A stretch of DNA of 64,000 nucleotides, from NCBI RefSeq assembly GCF_964204645.1, contig NC_134034.1, positions 8,506,962 through 8,570,961 on the forward strand, written 5' to 3'. This DNA comes from Tubulanus polymorphus (Eukaryota; Animalia; Nemertea). The translations under genes and the position numbers were made by a program. Under the pieces are notes generated by a model, which saw nothing but the letters and a program-made list of their open reading frames with translations, did no database searches and had not been told where the DNA came from. This document shows, piece by piece, positions 1 through 11,453 of this stretch; position 1 is the first letter of the stretch, and each line of letters starts with the position of its first letter.

Positions 1-445
1 TACTCTCGATCTATGTCAAACCGCCTATATGTAATTGTATTAGGTTGTTTACAAAAACATCTGTGCCGTCTTTCATATTCAGTTGAATGGGGCGCAGCTC
101 ATTTGAATATTGATCGAATGTGCTATTTCAGTTGAAAAGGATTAATCAATTACATCACAAAGGAACATCTGTTACAATCCAATAAACAATAGCAGTGAGA
201 TATCAAATAGAATTTAAATAAAATATAATAAAAAAACAATAACTTCAACTAGCTAGTGAATTCTATTATATTTTTAATATTTTCTTTTCAAGAAGAGAAT
301 ACTTTATATTTTGAATAGATTCAAATAGAAATTCTTTAAATTCAAATAGCTAGTATCAGTAGTCAATACTAGAATCCTTTAGCTTTAACTAGCTAGTATC
401 ATTTGAAGAATACTTATATTTTTTTGCTTTTTTTCTCTAATATAA

Positions 446-1048
446 ATGTCAAAGAAATCTAATAAGAATAGTATTGATATTGAAAAAACATTAGATGATT
501 TGGGTATAAGTGATAATAAAGATACAGTTGTAACTAGTTGTGCTCGAGTTAATTGTAATATAGATTATGAATACTATTTATATTGCAAGCATCATCTAGA
601 ACTATTGATTGCCGGTGGAAAAACTAACGAGTTTTTAAATGGAATTATTACTTTTCAAGAATTAGACTCTATGAAACCAGATAAAGTAATAAAATATTTT
701 AAGATTTATGAAGAAGCTAGATTAGCTAGAATAAATGATTCTATTTCAGATGGTATTGGCAAATGTTATTCTAAGTTATGTAACCGGTTAATACCAATTG
801 ATGATGAAAATAAATTATATAGTGATTCGAAAAATGACTACTTAGTTATGACTGAATTACAAAAATGGGTTGGATATGCTTCATTTCAATTAGGATCGGT
901 TATGACATTAATTTCTACCGGTGTCATAACATTTTCGAACATCAAACCTATGGAATATAAATCAGGTAAGAACGAAACAGATGTACTACAACCAAACGTC
1001 GAAACAGAAAATGAATCAGAACAAAAATTAACTAAAATAAATGAGTGA
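446..1048 (+). CDS. Polinton hypothetical protein with a hydrophobic segment near the C-terminus
   Basis: 200-aa ORF preceded by T7-N8-TAAATG; function not recognised. Confidence 0.75.
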   Translation: MSKKSNKNSIDIEKTLDDLGISDNKDTVVTSCARVNCNIDYEYYLYCKHHLELLIAGGKTNEFLNGIITFQELDSMKPDKVIKYFKIYEEARLARINDSISDGIGKCYSKLCNRLIPIDDENKLYSDSKNDYLVMTELQKWVGYASFQLGSVMTLISTGVITFSNIKPMEYKSGKNETDVLQPNVETENESEQKLTKINE

Positions 1049-1409
1049 TAGCGTTAAGAAAAAGGATTGATCTGAAAAACAAATTAAATGGGCAAGAGAA
1101 TTAGGTGAAAGATCTTCAGAATTAAAAAAAGCTAAGAAAAAGAAATTAACTGATATAAATGAATCACAGACTTTATCTGATATTGATTCAAATAACAATC
1201 CATCTGATTCTTCTAATGCTGGAAGTAATTATAAATTATATATTACAATTGGATTAGTAACAGTTATTATATTATCCGGTGTAATATATAAATCAAAATT
1301 CAAATCTGATGATAAAGATGATTCCAATGACAATAAACCTATCATACCAGAAAATAAATCAAATCATAAAGCCATTGAAACTAAATCTAAATTATTATTA
1401 ATGGATTAA
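1041..1409 (+). pseudogene. Small Polinton single-pass membrane protein gene with one nonsense codon (absent from ORF track)
   Basis: TAAATG start; reads MSDSVKKKD*SEKQIKWARELG...LYITIGLVTVIILSGVIY...LLLMD*. The TGA at codon 10 is plausibly CGA>TGA. Confidence 0.65.
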
Positions 1410-1415
1410 AAGAAG

Positions 1416-2497
1416 ATGAAAAAAGAACAATATTTAAGAGAGTTATATTATAACCCAGAAAGTGAAGTATCATGTTCTAACGTTTCAGAATTATGGGGTA
1501 AAATTAAATCTGATAATGAAAATATAAAATATAGTGAATTGAAATCATGGTTACAAAATCAACCAACATATCAAATCCATAAGAAAATGGATAAAACTTA
1601 TTTAACAAGAAAAGTTATGGTTTCATATATTGATCAACAATGGCAAGCAGATTTAATTTACATGAAGAGCTTAGAAGAATACAACAAAGGATATTTCTGG
1701 ATATTAAATGTTATAGACATATTCAGTAGATACGCATGGTCAATTCCAAAAATAAAACTTGTATAGAAGCAACAAATGCTTTTAAATCAATATTTAAAGA
1801 AGCTATACCAGATAAGATACAATTTGATGAAGGTAAGGAATTTTATAACAAACATTTTAAAAAACTATTATCTGATAACGATGTAAATTATTTTTCAACA
1901 CTCTCAGATAAAAAAGCATCTATTATAGAAAGATTTAATAAAACATTGAAAACTAGAATGTGGAAATATTTTATTGCTAATGAAACATATAAATATATCG
2001 ATGTATTAGATGATTTAGTGAAAGGTTATAATAATTCTAAACATAGTTCTATAAATATGAAACCTATACAAGCTAGAAAAGAAGATAATTCGGAAATAGT
2101 ATGGAATAATTTATATGGCGCATTTGTTACACACGATTTCGGTGAACCTAAATTTAAAATAGGACAACACGTTAGAATATCTAGATATAGAAACACATTT
2201 TATAAAGATTATACTCCAAATTTTACAGAAGAAATATTTAAGATTAAAAAGATAATATTAACTAAACCTTTTGTTTATAAATTAGAAGATCTAAAAGATG
2301 AAGAAATATTAGGTTATTTCTATGAACAAGAATTATCACTTGTACCAAATCCAGATGAAATAGAATACAAAATAGAAAAAGTATTGAAAACAAAAACTCT
2401 TAAAGGAAAAACGTATTCTTTGGTGAAATATAAAGGATATGATGATAAATTTAATGAATGGATTTTATCTAGTAAAATTAAAAGAATAAATGAATAA
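1416..2497 (+). pseudogene. Retroviral-like (rve) DDE integrase with C-terminal chromodomain; one frameshift near 1745
   Basis: QWQADL, IDIFSRYAW, IQFDEGKEF, IIERFNKTLK; C-terminal YKIEKVL..LVKYKGYDDKFNEWI. Split over ORFs 1416..1766 and 1736..2497. Confidence 0.95.
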
Positions 2498-3101
2498 AGA
2501 TTTATTTATATTTGAACCGCATAATATGTTAGTTACTGGAGTAACCAACTGTGGTAAAACACATTTCATATTAGATTTGTTAGAAACTATTTATAAGAAT
2601 CATTTTGATAATATAATATTATTCTGTCCTACTTATGACATGAATAAAACATATAATAGAGATATAGTTAAGATGAAAAAGTTTATTATATTAGATCCTA
2701 AAACAGTAAAAGATAATTTAGATAATTGTATAAAAATAGCAATTGATACTTATAAAGGATCAAATACATTATTCATTATAGATGATTGCGCTAATTTACA
2801 TGATTCAAAAGTGAGAGAAAGTGAGTTATGTTATCTAGCTTTCTCTGGAAGACATTTCGGGATAACAACATGGGTTTTAAATCAAAAATATAATTCAATT
2901 GTTAAAGACTTTAGGGAGAATATAAGATTTCTAGTTTTATTCTACAATAAAGATAGAAAATCTATGCAACAATCATTGGAAGAAAATCAAATTATACCTA
3001 CTGAATTACATGATGAATATATGAATAAAGTAAAGAATAATAAAGGTTCAAAATTATTACTGAGACTACAATTTCCCTATGAATATAAATTTATAAAATA
3101 A
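2490..3101 (+). CDS. A32/FtsK-HerA-like DNA packaging ATPase
   Basis: Walker A VTGVTNCGKT, Walker B LFIIDD, GRH motif, then NQ..FRENI. Confidence 0.93.
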   Translation: MNKDLFIFEPHNMLVTGVTNCGKTHFILDLLETIYKNHFDNIILFCPTYDMNKTYNRDIVKMKKFIILDPKTVKDNLDNCIKIAIDTYKGSNTLFIIDDCANLHDSKVRESELCYLAFSGRHFGITTWVLNQKYNSIVKDFRENIRFLVLFYNKDRKSMQQSLEENQIIPTELHDEYMNKVKNNKGSKLLLRLQFPYEYKFIK

Positions 3102-3119
3102 CTATTTATAATTTGGAAT

Positions 3120-3506
3120 ATTATAGAAACTAATTTATATATCTATGTACTAGACGTACGAGTAAGAAATTAAGATTCTTGCCAAGAAAGTAAGAAAGTA
3201 AGAATCGTGGGTAAGAATTCTTACGTACGTCTAGTATATAGATATATAAATTAGTTTTATAATAATTATTCTAAATTTAAATTATAAAAATGAATAAATT
3301 ATATGTTTTCTCTTAATAATAATAAAAATAGATTATATTATAACTATTTCTATACTTAGATTAATAATTTTATGTTTTTAATTTTTATGAAAACTATTAT
3401 ATATATATATATCTATGTACTAGACGTACGAGTAAGAAAGTAAGATTTCTTGGATTCTTGGATTCTTACTCGTACGTCTAGTATATAGTTATATAAATTA
3501 GTTTTA
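3120..3506. terminator. Two related long hairpins (3120-3263, 3389-3506) between convergent gene blocks; putative 3'-end signals
   Basis: Arms TATATATCTATGTACTAGACGTACG / CGTACGTCTAGTATATAG occur twice and abut the ATPase stop (3101) and the zinc-finger gene stop (3513). Terminator role is inferred. Confidence 0.5.
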
Positions 3507-3512
3507 TAATAA

Positions 3513-4672
3513 TTATTCTAATTTTGTTTCTAATATATTTATAAAATCATCTTTGTTTATATCTAATTCACCAAAAGTCTTAGGTAGATTTATTAATTTT
3601 AATTGAGCCATCTTAACATAATAATTAGTAGGTATATTAGCTTTTTCTCTTAATTTTTCTAAGTATTCATCAAAATCATCATAATCAAAATCAAAATGAT
3701 GTCCAAAATTATTTATCAGATAACTTAAATCTATTTTTCTTAAATATAATAATTTATATATTTGTTTAGGATTATCTTCTGCATAAGCTAATAATTTATC
3801 AAATAAGAACTTATAGAATATATAATATTAGTTAGTTTTAGGATTAAAATATTTGATATCATTATTTGGGTTATTTAACAATGGTATCATACTCACCATT
3901 TTATAAACATTAATTAGATGTAACTTTGATTTATAATGAGTATTTTCATCAACAGGTTCAATTTTTTTATTACAATATTGACACGTTTTATTTCTTTCCA
4001 TTTCTTCTAATTTCTTTTCATGTTCTTCTAACTTCCTTTCATTTTCGATATGCGCTTGAGATTTTTTATGTTTAGAAAATTACTTTTAGAAATATCTAAA
4101 TTACAAATGTTACAATGTTTTTCAGAATCATCAATTGTTTCATTATCATTAGTTTTAATTGTATCAACATTATCTGTTATATTATCTATGGTATCATTTG
4201 TTTCAATTGTATTAACATTATCTATGATATTATCTATGATATTATTATCAGATATATTATTATCATTATTATTATTTTCTTTTTCTATATGTTTATTTGA
4301 TTTCTTATGTGATGCCCAATTTTTATATGATATATATTTCTTACATACATCACAATATTTTTCATTTGTCTTTTTGGTTTTGATATCAGGTTCAATCTTA
4401 TCATTATTAGATGTAGAAGGTATTACATTATTAGACGTAGAAGGTATTACATTATTAGATGTAGAAGGTATTACATTATGATCAATTACATTACTTAAAT
4501 TATCAACAACACCACTTTTATTATTATCGATTTCTATTAGTTTAGTTTTATAAATTTTGAAAATAGGATCAAATATCAAAGCTATATTACAAGGTATTAC
4601 ATAATATAAACCGCCATTATTTTCATGTGTATCGATGTATGGAACATGTTTATATACTTTACCTCCTTCCAT
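3513..4672 (-). pseudogene. Polinton protein with three C2H2-like zinc fingers; frameshift and stops
   Basis: CDVC..HKKSNKH, CNIC..H and, after a frameshift near 4070, CQYC..HYKSKLH; reading continues to ..ILETKLE* at 3513. Contains a 24-bp x3 repeat (NNVIPSTS). Confidence 0.7.
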
Positions 4673-4742
4673 TTATTATATAAATTTTTATTAAAGTTAA
4701 AATTCTAATACATAACACTATTTAATTGAGAATTTACAATAT

Positions 4743-5948
4743 TTAATGCGCGTCAGATATGATATAAATGTGCATTTTGAAATTTTTGATACCTTTATTC
4801 TTTGTCATGAATAATTGTATTCCATCTTTAGTGTTCTGTAATTTTTTTCCAGAACCATGTAATGAATTATCCTCTGTTGTTCTAAAATCTAACCATAATG
4901 CATATTTATTACCGGTATAATAATCAATTTGATTAATGTTACAATTTTCAGATGATTTTACTTTTTCATTCATAAAATGTTTTCTAATATCTGGCCATTG
5001 ATCAATCATTCTCATTCCTTGACAAAATATTTTATTTGCTATTCCTTCGATAGTTATTTCTACTTTTGTTATTTCAGGATTATAATAATTATCAACATTT
5101 ATTGCGCCATTAGTATATGTTGCAATGGTAATAAATATTAATATACCTTTAATAGATCTTCTTGGGAAGTTAATATTCTCATTAATAATTTCATCATTTG
5201 CATTAATAGTAACAGTAAATTTATCAATATAATCATATAATAATGAAAATCCTTGATTGTATTTAGTTTGAATTATACTTGAAATATTTTCATCAGTTAC
5301 TGTATCATATTCTAAACATATATTCGATAATTTATAACTCATATCTTTATTAACGCTAGATATTACGATTTCATTTACAGGAGCAAATGTTATTTCGAAT
5401 ATAACGTCTTCTTGAATTGCATATTTATATAAAGGTGCATTATTATTTATCAATTCAAAGTCTAATGGAATTTTATATTTGCTTCCATATATACCTTTGA
5501 TCAATTTATCTACAGCATTAGTTAATATTGCATTATGCGCTTCTGATCTTAATTTATTTTGGTTTTCTGATTGGATGCCTTGAAATATCATATTATTTCT
5601 ATTTTCTTTAGTTAACCATAAATCTTTATAATGCATAAATAAATTATAATCATCTAATGAGAAAACTGTTTCTGGACCAATCTTTATTGTTAACTTTTTA
5701 ATCAAATATCTTCCAACATTATCAACAACATAATTATTATTATTACCGATTACTTTTATATCGGCTGATAAATAAATACTATTTGGAACATAAAAAGTAT
5801 TTTGTGTTAATCGAGGGATTCTAACATAAAAGGTTTCATCGGGATTAATATTAGAAGGGTTATGAGTAATTATATGATGTGATCTTTCTGCTTTAATAGC
5901 ATTAGATATTCTATGATTCTTAGAAGGATTGATATAACTCCCACTCAT
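4743..5948 (-). CDS. Major capsid protein (double jelly-roll), possibly C-terminally shortened
   Basis: 401 aa, beta-rich; HIITHNPSNI, YKIPLDF, NICLEYD, N.PRRSIKGIL, YALWLDFRT resemble invertebrate Polinton MCPs; genomic context. Confidence 0.82.
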   Translation of the reverse strand: MSGSYINPSKNHRISNAIKAERSHHIITHNPSNINPDETFYVRIPRLTQNTFYVPNSIYLSADIKVIGNNNNYVVDNVGRYLIKKLTIKIGPETVFSLDDYNLFMHYKDLWLTKENRNNMIFQGIQSENQNKLRSEAHNAILTNAVDKLIKGIYGSKYKIPLDFELINNNAPLYKYAIQEDVIFEITFAPVNEIVISSVNKDMSYKLSNICLEYDTVTDENISSIIQTKYNQGFSLLYDYIDKFTVTINANDEIINENINFPRRSIKGILIFITIATYTNGAINVDNYYNPEITKVEITIEGIANKIFCQGMRMIDQWPDIRKHFMNEKVKSSENCNINQIDYYTGNKYALWLDFRTTEDNSLHGSGKKLQNTKDGIQLFMTKNKGIKNFKMHIYIISDAH

Positions 5949-5968
5949 TTATTTAACAAAAAAATTAA

Positions 5969-7396
5969 TTATTTATTTTTCATCATGTTTACTAATCCAA
6001 AAATAATAGCACTTACAACTGTAATTAAACATAAAATAATATGTTCAGCAGCAAAGTTAATAATGTTTCCTGCAGATTTCAATATAAAACCAACAATTGA
6101 TGCAATAACTCCTGGCAATGCTGCGGCAGATTTTTTAGATAGTTCCCATAAATATTTAGCTAATTTCTTTAAACCATCTTTAACTTTATCTTGTATAGAA
6201 TTATTATCTGGGGGTTTATCCGGTTTATTGGGAGTAGGAGTAGATTTCAAAGCATTTGATATAGCTAAACCAATTGTTGTGAATAACATAGTTACAGCTG
6301 TTAGAATTGAAAGAATTGTTATTCCTTTAAACTTAAATAATAATTTTATTCTATCTTTCAATGATATTTTAGAATCTGGTTTTATTAGATATCTTTTAAA
6401 AACATCTTTTAATCTATTAATATTATAATCATATGATTTTAATAATAATTTAATTTTTTCTTTTTGTAATTCTATGTTATATTCTAAATCATCTTTTTCT
6501 TTTTCTAAACGTAATTCTTTTTGCCTATATTCTATTTCATCAATTACTTGATGATCTAAATCAGACCTTAATTTTTCTATTTCTTTATTTTTATCAGTTA
6601 ATTCTTTTTCTAAAGTTCTAATTTTAAAATCTCTTATACTTTTATCATGCGCAATTTTATCAGATGCAAGTCTTATACTAATAATTTCTCTTATTGCTTT
6701 ATCAGAAAATATATCTAAATCTTCTAATTCTTGATCTGTTGCATCAATTAATCCATTCGGTAAAAGTTTTTCAATTGGAACTTTATTTGATTTAAGTTTA
6801 CTAGTTTTGGAAGTTATATTCTGTTCGGAAGTTGTTTCTGTTTCTGGATTATCTTTGATTGTTTCAAATAATTCATTAATTCTTTTTTTAAATACTCTTT
6901 TATTTTTATTAATTTCTTCTTGTGTTACATCTTCTATTTCATTACTATTTCTCATTCTCTTAATTCTAGATAGTAATGAGTCAGACTTAAGCAAAGTTGA
7001 TTTTGCTATTATTTTTTCTTCTTTTTTATTAGAGATATTAATATAATAATCATCTTTCAATTGATAATGATATTCACCATCTAAAAACTTTAATTCTTGT
7101 ACTAAAAGTCTGGCGCCTCTGGCATTTATATTATATCCAGATTCTTCAAATACATGTTTGAAATTATAAATATATTCATTATATTCTAAATTTTCCTTTA
7201 ATAAACCTGGATTTTCATTTACAATAGGTATTCTCGATCTAGTTCTATCAAATTCATCTGTTGATGGGGCTTTAGTACCACTTTCTTCTAAATTAGAATT
7301 ATATGTTGTATCATCATCATTATCAATATTAGTATCAGCAGTCATATAATCATCATTGTTAGTATTGGCATCATCATTATTTCCCCTGTTTTCCAT
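5969..7396 (-). CDS. Coiled-coil protein with two C-terminal hydrophobic regions (putative virion/membrane protein)
   Basis: Acidic N-terminus, long coiled coil, GITILSILTAVTMLFTTIGLAI and IILCLITVVSAIIFGLV. Probable original start at 7426 (TAAATG mutated to TAAAAG). Confidence 0.75.
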   Translation of the reverse strand: MENRGNNDDANTNNDDYMTADTNIDNDDDTTYNSNLEESGTKAPSTDEFDRTRSRIPIVNENPGLLKENLEYNEYIYNFKHVFEESGYNINARGARLLVQELKFLDGEYHYQLKDDYYINISNKKEEKIIAKSTLLKSDSLLSRIKRMRNSNEIEDVTQEEINKNKRVFKKRINELFETIKDNPETETTSEQNITSKTSKLKSNKVPIEKLLPNGLIDATDQELEDLDIFSDKAIREIISIRLASDKIAHDKSIRDFKIRTLEKELTDKNKEIEKLRSDLDHQVIDEIEYRQKELRLEKEKDDLEYNIELQKEKIKLLLKSYDYNINRLKDVFKRYLIKPDSKISLKDRIKLLFKFKGITILSILTAVTMLFTTIGLAISNALKSTPTPNKPDKPPDNNSIQDKVKDGLKKLAKYLWELSKKSAAALPGVIASIVGFILKSAGNIINFAAEHIILCLITVVSAIIFGLVNMMKNK

Positions 7397-7426
7397 TCCA
7401 ATATCTTCTACACCTTCAACATCCTT

Positions 7427-8814
7427 TTACATAATAAAAAAATAAAATTTAAAATATAATATTCTTCCGATTACAATTCCTATACAAGTTATAGCTAATT
7501 TAGTATTTTCATGGGATTTATTATCATCATTTAGTTTAATTATTTCATGTTGAATATTATCAGTTCTAATATTTTCTGATGTATTGTAATCTTTTATTTT
7601 AGAATCATTATTTAATTTAATATAATTAGTTTTAGTTTATGTTGATTGAATATGTTTTTTATTTTTTTCACCTTCCATTAATTTTGGAGCAGTAATAATC
7701 TTTTTATTTATATCATTCAATCCAAATGAATTATTTATTGTTGCAGTTTTAATTAGATTATCATAACCAATTATGTTTCCCATCTTTAAAACTAAATCAT
7801 TAGAAATAATAAATAGATTACGGCCTATACAATAATTTAATCTAATATGTGATTTATCTAAATAATTTTGATATCTTACAATGTTTTCTGGAATCGATCT
7901 ATTTTTATCATTATGAATGGAATTGTTTCTGTGTATCAAATGATGTATTTAAATTTCAAATTATTGGGGATCTTGTTTCAACTTGTGCACCTAGAATACA
8001 TATCAAATAAGTTCTAATAGATTGATTTATTCTTTGTATACCAGCGTTAGTAAAACCTTCACTATTTTCTAAAATAAAATTAACCCAACCATCATTATTT
8101 TGTTGTTGTTTGATTTAAATATAATATTTTGGTATTTCATTCCATTTAAACGTTTTTGAGTTTGTATTTTTTATTTTCTTTCTATATTTTTTAGTATAAG
8201 GGACAGCAAATTGGAAATGATGAATTATTCATTGCATGCAAAGCTTTCTCTACTTAAGATAAATCTCCCCCTGTAATTGTTCCCATCTTTGATCTAAAAT
8301 CAGAATTATTTATATCTATATTAAATTCATTACATATTTTATAATACTTTGATAAATTAATGTTATTATCTAATTCTTTAAAATATCTAGACCCAGGTAA
8401 AGGACACTCTAATTCATTTAATATTAATCTTATTTGAAAGTATGTATGAAATCTAAAGAGTGATAATATTAATGGTAAACTTGGTTTATTTAAATGATCA
8501 TTCCAACTTATTCCGCACCCTGTTGTTGCGCAATAAACAGCAAAATTTAATTGGTTTTGCCAGAATTGCATATTTGATTTTAACATCCATAATTTTGCTT
8601 TACTTAATTCTTTTTCAAAATTAATTTCATAAACATTGAATATATTTTCCATCTTTACATGAAAATTATTACTTTCAGTAACATAAATATATAAATCAAT
8701 TAATGAATCTAAAACTTCATTTCTATATGTAATATCTTTATCAAAATCTATTGCAGGAATATTATATTTAATTGATTTATTATATTGGAAAGCTTTTGGA
8801 AAACTATCTGCCAT
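7427..8814 (-). pseudogene. Conserved Polinton protein with C-terminal TM; several frameshifts
   Basis: WQNQLNFAVYCATTGCG; out-of-track segment EGFTNAGIQRINQSIRTYLICILGAQ; IVRYQNYL; ends HENTKLAITCIGIVIG..*. Joins ORFs 8254..8814 and 7637..7939. Confidence 0.7.
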
Positions 8815-8834
8815 TTATATAATTAAAAAATTAA

Positions 8835-9263
8835 TAATTAACTAATTCTTTTAATGATTTATCTTGTTCTTCAACTGTTATATGACCATTTGAACTTATT
8901 ATATAATCTAGTGTATTCTTTAATTTATTAATTTCTTTTATATTAGTTTTAATTTTTTCTTTATTACTTTTTATATTTAATTTTGAACTTATACCAGTTA
9001 AACACTTGAAACAATCCTAATACACCAATTGATATAGCTAAAGGTGTTAATGGACTGAATATTGCTAGAAATGTTATTACAGAACTAATTGTAACCGAAC
9101 CACTTATAATCAAATAATATATAATATTAGATTTTAAATATTTTTTCTTTTTAACTTTTAAGTCACTTTCAAATTCTAATATTTGTTTTTCTAAATATGT
9201 TTTTAATTTAGTTTTACTGATATCATGAGGAATAATATCAATATTATCAACTTTATCTTCCAT
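8835..9263 (-). pseudogene. Small two-TM Polinton protein, frameshifted near the 3' end
   Basis: TAAATG start; hydrophobic stretch IIYYLIISGSVTISSVITFLAIFSPLTPLAISIGVLGL; coiled-coil tail continues in another frame. 3' end approximate. Confidence 0.6.
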
Positions 9264-9281
9264 TTATTTAGCAAAAAAAAA

Positions 9282-9707
9282 TTACTCATAAGTAAACTTA
9301 TACGCTACAAATATAACAATAACAGTTCCACCTAAAATCCATATTATTTCATATTTCTGTTGTTCTTTACTTGGGGTATAATAATCTGATATTGTAGGTT
9401 TATGTAGATGTAATTTTTCTTTATTTGTTACCGCGTTATATAAACTCATTGCATCATCAACTGATTGAAAATCTCTATGTGAAATCTTCTGATCATGTAA
9501 TTCTTTATTGATGTAATCCATATAGTTTTGTCTCTTTTCTCTATATTCTTCCGCTGCTTTATTATATTTCTCTAATGCTAAGGTATGTCTTTTTTGTTCT
9601 GTTAATGAACTATTTTTATCAATATGTTTAAATAAATATCCACCACCAGTAAATGCTAAAGCGTTAACAATTGCCGATCCTATAATAGTTACAGCAGCAG
9701 AAGCCAT
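9282..9707 (-). CDS. Small Polinton protein with N- and C-terminal hydrophobic segments
   Basis: MASAAVTIIGSAIVNALAFTGGGYLF..coiled coil..IIWILGGTVIVIFVAY; TAAATG start. Confidence 0.8.
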   Translation of the reverse strand: MASAAVTIIGSAIVNALAFTGGGYLFKHIDKNSSLTEQKRHTLALEKYNKAAEEYREKRQNYMDYINKELHDQKISHRDFQSVDDAMSLYNAVTNKEKLHLHKPTISDYYTPSKEQQKYEIIWILGGTVIVIFVAYKFTYE

Positions 9708-9731
9708 TTATTTAGTAAAATAATTATGTAT

Positions 9732-9953
9732 TTATATGGAAGGAATATATTTTTGTTTTTCCAAATAATCAATAGTTAAATTAGATAAAGTAACTGCTAA
9801 TGTTAATTTTAAAATATCATCTATATCAAATCTATCAACATTAACACTTCCCATTTTGAATACTTTTTTTAATACCATTGAATAACCAACAGTTCCAACT
9901 GATAGTAATGCTCCATTATATACTCCAGTTATTATCCACTTATTATCACTCAT
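9732..9953 (-). CDS. 73-aa Polinton hydrophobic protein
   Basis: TAAATG start fused to the upstream stop; ends DYLEKQKYIP; compact gene packing. Confidence 0.7.
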   Translation of the reverse strand: MSDNKWIITGVYNGALLSVGTVGYSMVLKKVFKMGSVNVDRFDIDDILKLTLAVTLSNLTIDYLEKQKYIPSI

Positions 9954-10310
9954 TTATTTATCAAAAAAATTACTATCATCAAAATATTTAGTCAACTTAT
10001 TTATGATTATTTCAACATTTATTTCATTACTAGTTTCATTTGTATATATTTCAATTATTATTTTTTTAATATCATCGATGATAAAATCTTCATCTAATTC
10101 ATAAAATCCTAAAGATTCTCTAATTAAATTAGTAATCTTTTCTACATTTAAAGTTTCTTTATCTATTGTTGTTTCATACTCAAATGTTGTTTCATTAGAA
10201 AATGCAATATTTTTAATATGTGTAATTACATCATTAACGTTAAATTTCATTTCTTTCTCATGTTTAAAATCAAACCCAAAACATATACTCGGTCCAACAG
10301 TTATATTCAT
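9954..10310 (-). CDS. Polinton hypothetical protein
   Basis: 118-aa acidic ORF with T-run-N7-TGAATG start; stop abuts the next ATG. Confidence 0.65.
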   Translation of the reverse strand: MNITVGPSICFGFDFKHEKEMKFNVNDVITHIKNIAFSNETTFEYETTIDKETLNVEKITNLIRESLGFYELDEDFIIDDIKKIIIEIYTNETSNEINVEIIINKLTKYFDDSNFFDK

Positions 10311-10326
10311 TCATATAGTGAAAAAA

Positions 10327-11083
10327 TTACTCTCTACATCTTATAACTAATTCATATATCACAGGAAAGTTATTCAAATCAATTAAATATCCATTATGAT
10401 TTCTTATTTCTAATTTAAAATTATTAAATTTAGGAATGCATGGTTTGAAATCACATTCTGTTAAATAATAATTTATTTGAGTTCCAAATTGTTTAACATT
10501 TTTTTAGCGGTAAAATATTTAGTATACTAGAACTACAAATTGTTTCTTTAGTTGCTTCGAAAGTTTTTGTAGGCTCGATTAAATTGCAATAAATATAAAA
10601 GTGTGTAAAAGGTATTATATTTGAGCTGCCTTCTGCGTTTCCAGTAACTGTAAGCGGTTTAATTCCTAACATTTTAGCCAGTGGTTTGTTTACCATAAAT
10701 TTATGTTGTTCATTAGATATCTTTATTCTAATTTTATTAGTACTATCAATTTTATTAAATTTAATTTCAAATAAAGAAGTGCCCCCGATTTTCAACCGAG
10801 CTCTTCTATTAATTTCCTGCGCTAATGATTCTAAATTATATAATCCTGGTTTTAAAAATATATGAAACCATTTATCTTTATTTCTCATATAAATCATAAA
10901 CCCTCTATGTTCAAAAGTTTTATCCGATATATTATAAAAAGAATTACATAAACTTATATTAACTAATTTTAAATCTACACAATTCTTGAATTCTCTATCT
11001 AATTGTACTAGTAAATTATGTGATCTATAATTTGTAAGTTTTCTTGAATCAACAAATATTCTGTATTCTTTTAATTCTACCAT
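10327..11083 (-). pseudogene. Minor capsid (penton-like single jelly-roll) protein, frameshift near 10500
   Basis: N-terminal IFVDSR..L...F.....L..ISL.NSFYNI, then FYIYCNLIE, SSILNILP; out-of-frame C-terminus KLEIRNHNGYLIDLNNFPVIYELVI typical of Polinton/PLV pentons. Confidence 0.7.
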
Positions 11084-11111
11084 TTATTTTACATATTTTC
11101 TTATTCGAAAT

Positions 11112-11453
11112 CTATTTCATGGTGCCCTTTTTCATTCTTACCTTTGTATACGAATGGAAATCTCCAGAACATAATTCTTCTAAATCTTCACTTGATAATC
11201 TATGAAATCTATCCGGTAAATATGTTCTGAATTTATATGTATTTCCTTTTAATCCTTCATATTCTAAATGTATAACTAATTTATCTCCATATTTGTTAGT
11301 AACTCTATCAATATTTGTAATTAGATATTTCTTATGGATTATTAATTCTGTTAACTTTTTGAATTTATAATCTACAGATTTTACATTTGAAGTATCTTTT
11401 ATTCTATCTAGAAATAATTTGTTGTTCTCACTGTGCGCTTGTTTACTCTCCAT
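11112..11453 (-). CDS. Probable OB-fold/SSB-like small protein next to pPolB
   Basis: FKKLTEL..KKYLIT....VTNKYGDKLVIHL...TYLPDRF pattern seen in small Polinton proteins; fold inferred. Confidence 0.5.
   Translation of the reverse strand: MESKQAHSENNKLFLDRIKDTSNVKSVDYKFKKLTELIIHKKYLITNIDRVTNKYGDKLVIHLEYEGLKGNTYKFRTYLPDRFHRLSSEDLEELCSGDFHSYTKVRMKKGTMK

Noticed and set aside
1-200. Left Polinton TIR/TSD
   Set aside because: No AGTAATAGGGG terminus and no GTCCAC duplicate of the right flank; left end is outside the window or deleted.
4050-4481. Hydrophobic + strand ORFs (also 5913..6428 and 6807..7046)
   Set aside because: Antisense shadows of minus-strand Polinton genes; no TAAATG start.
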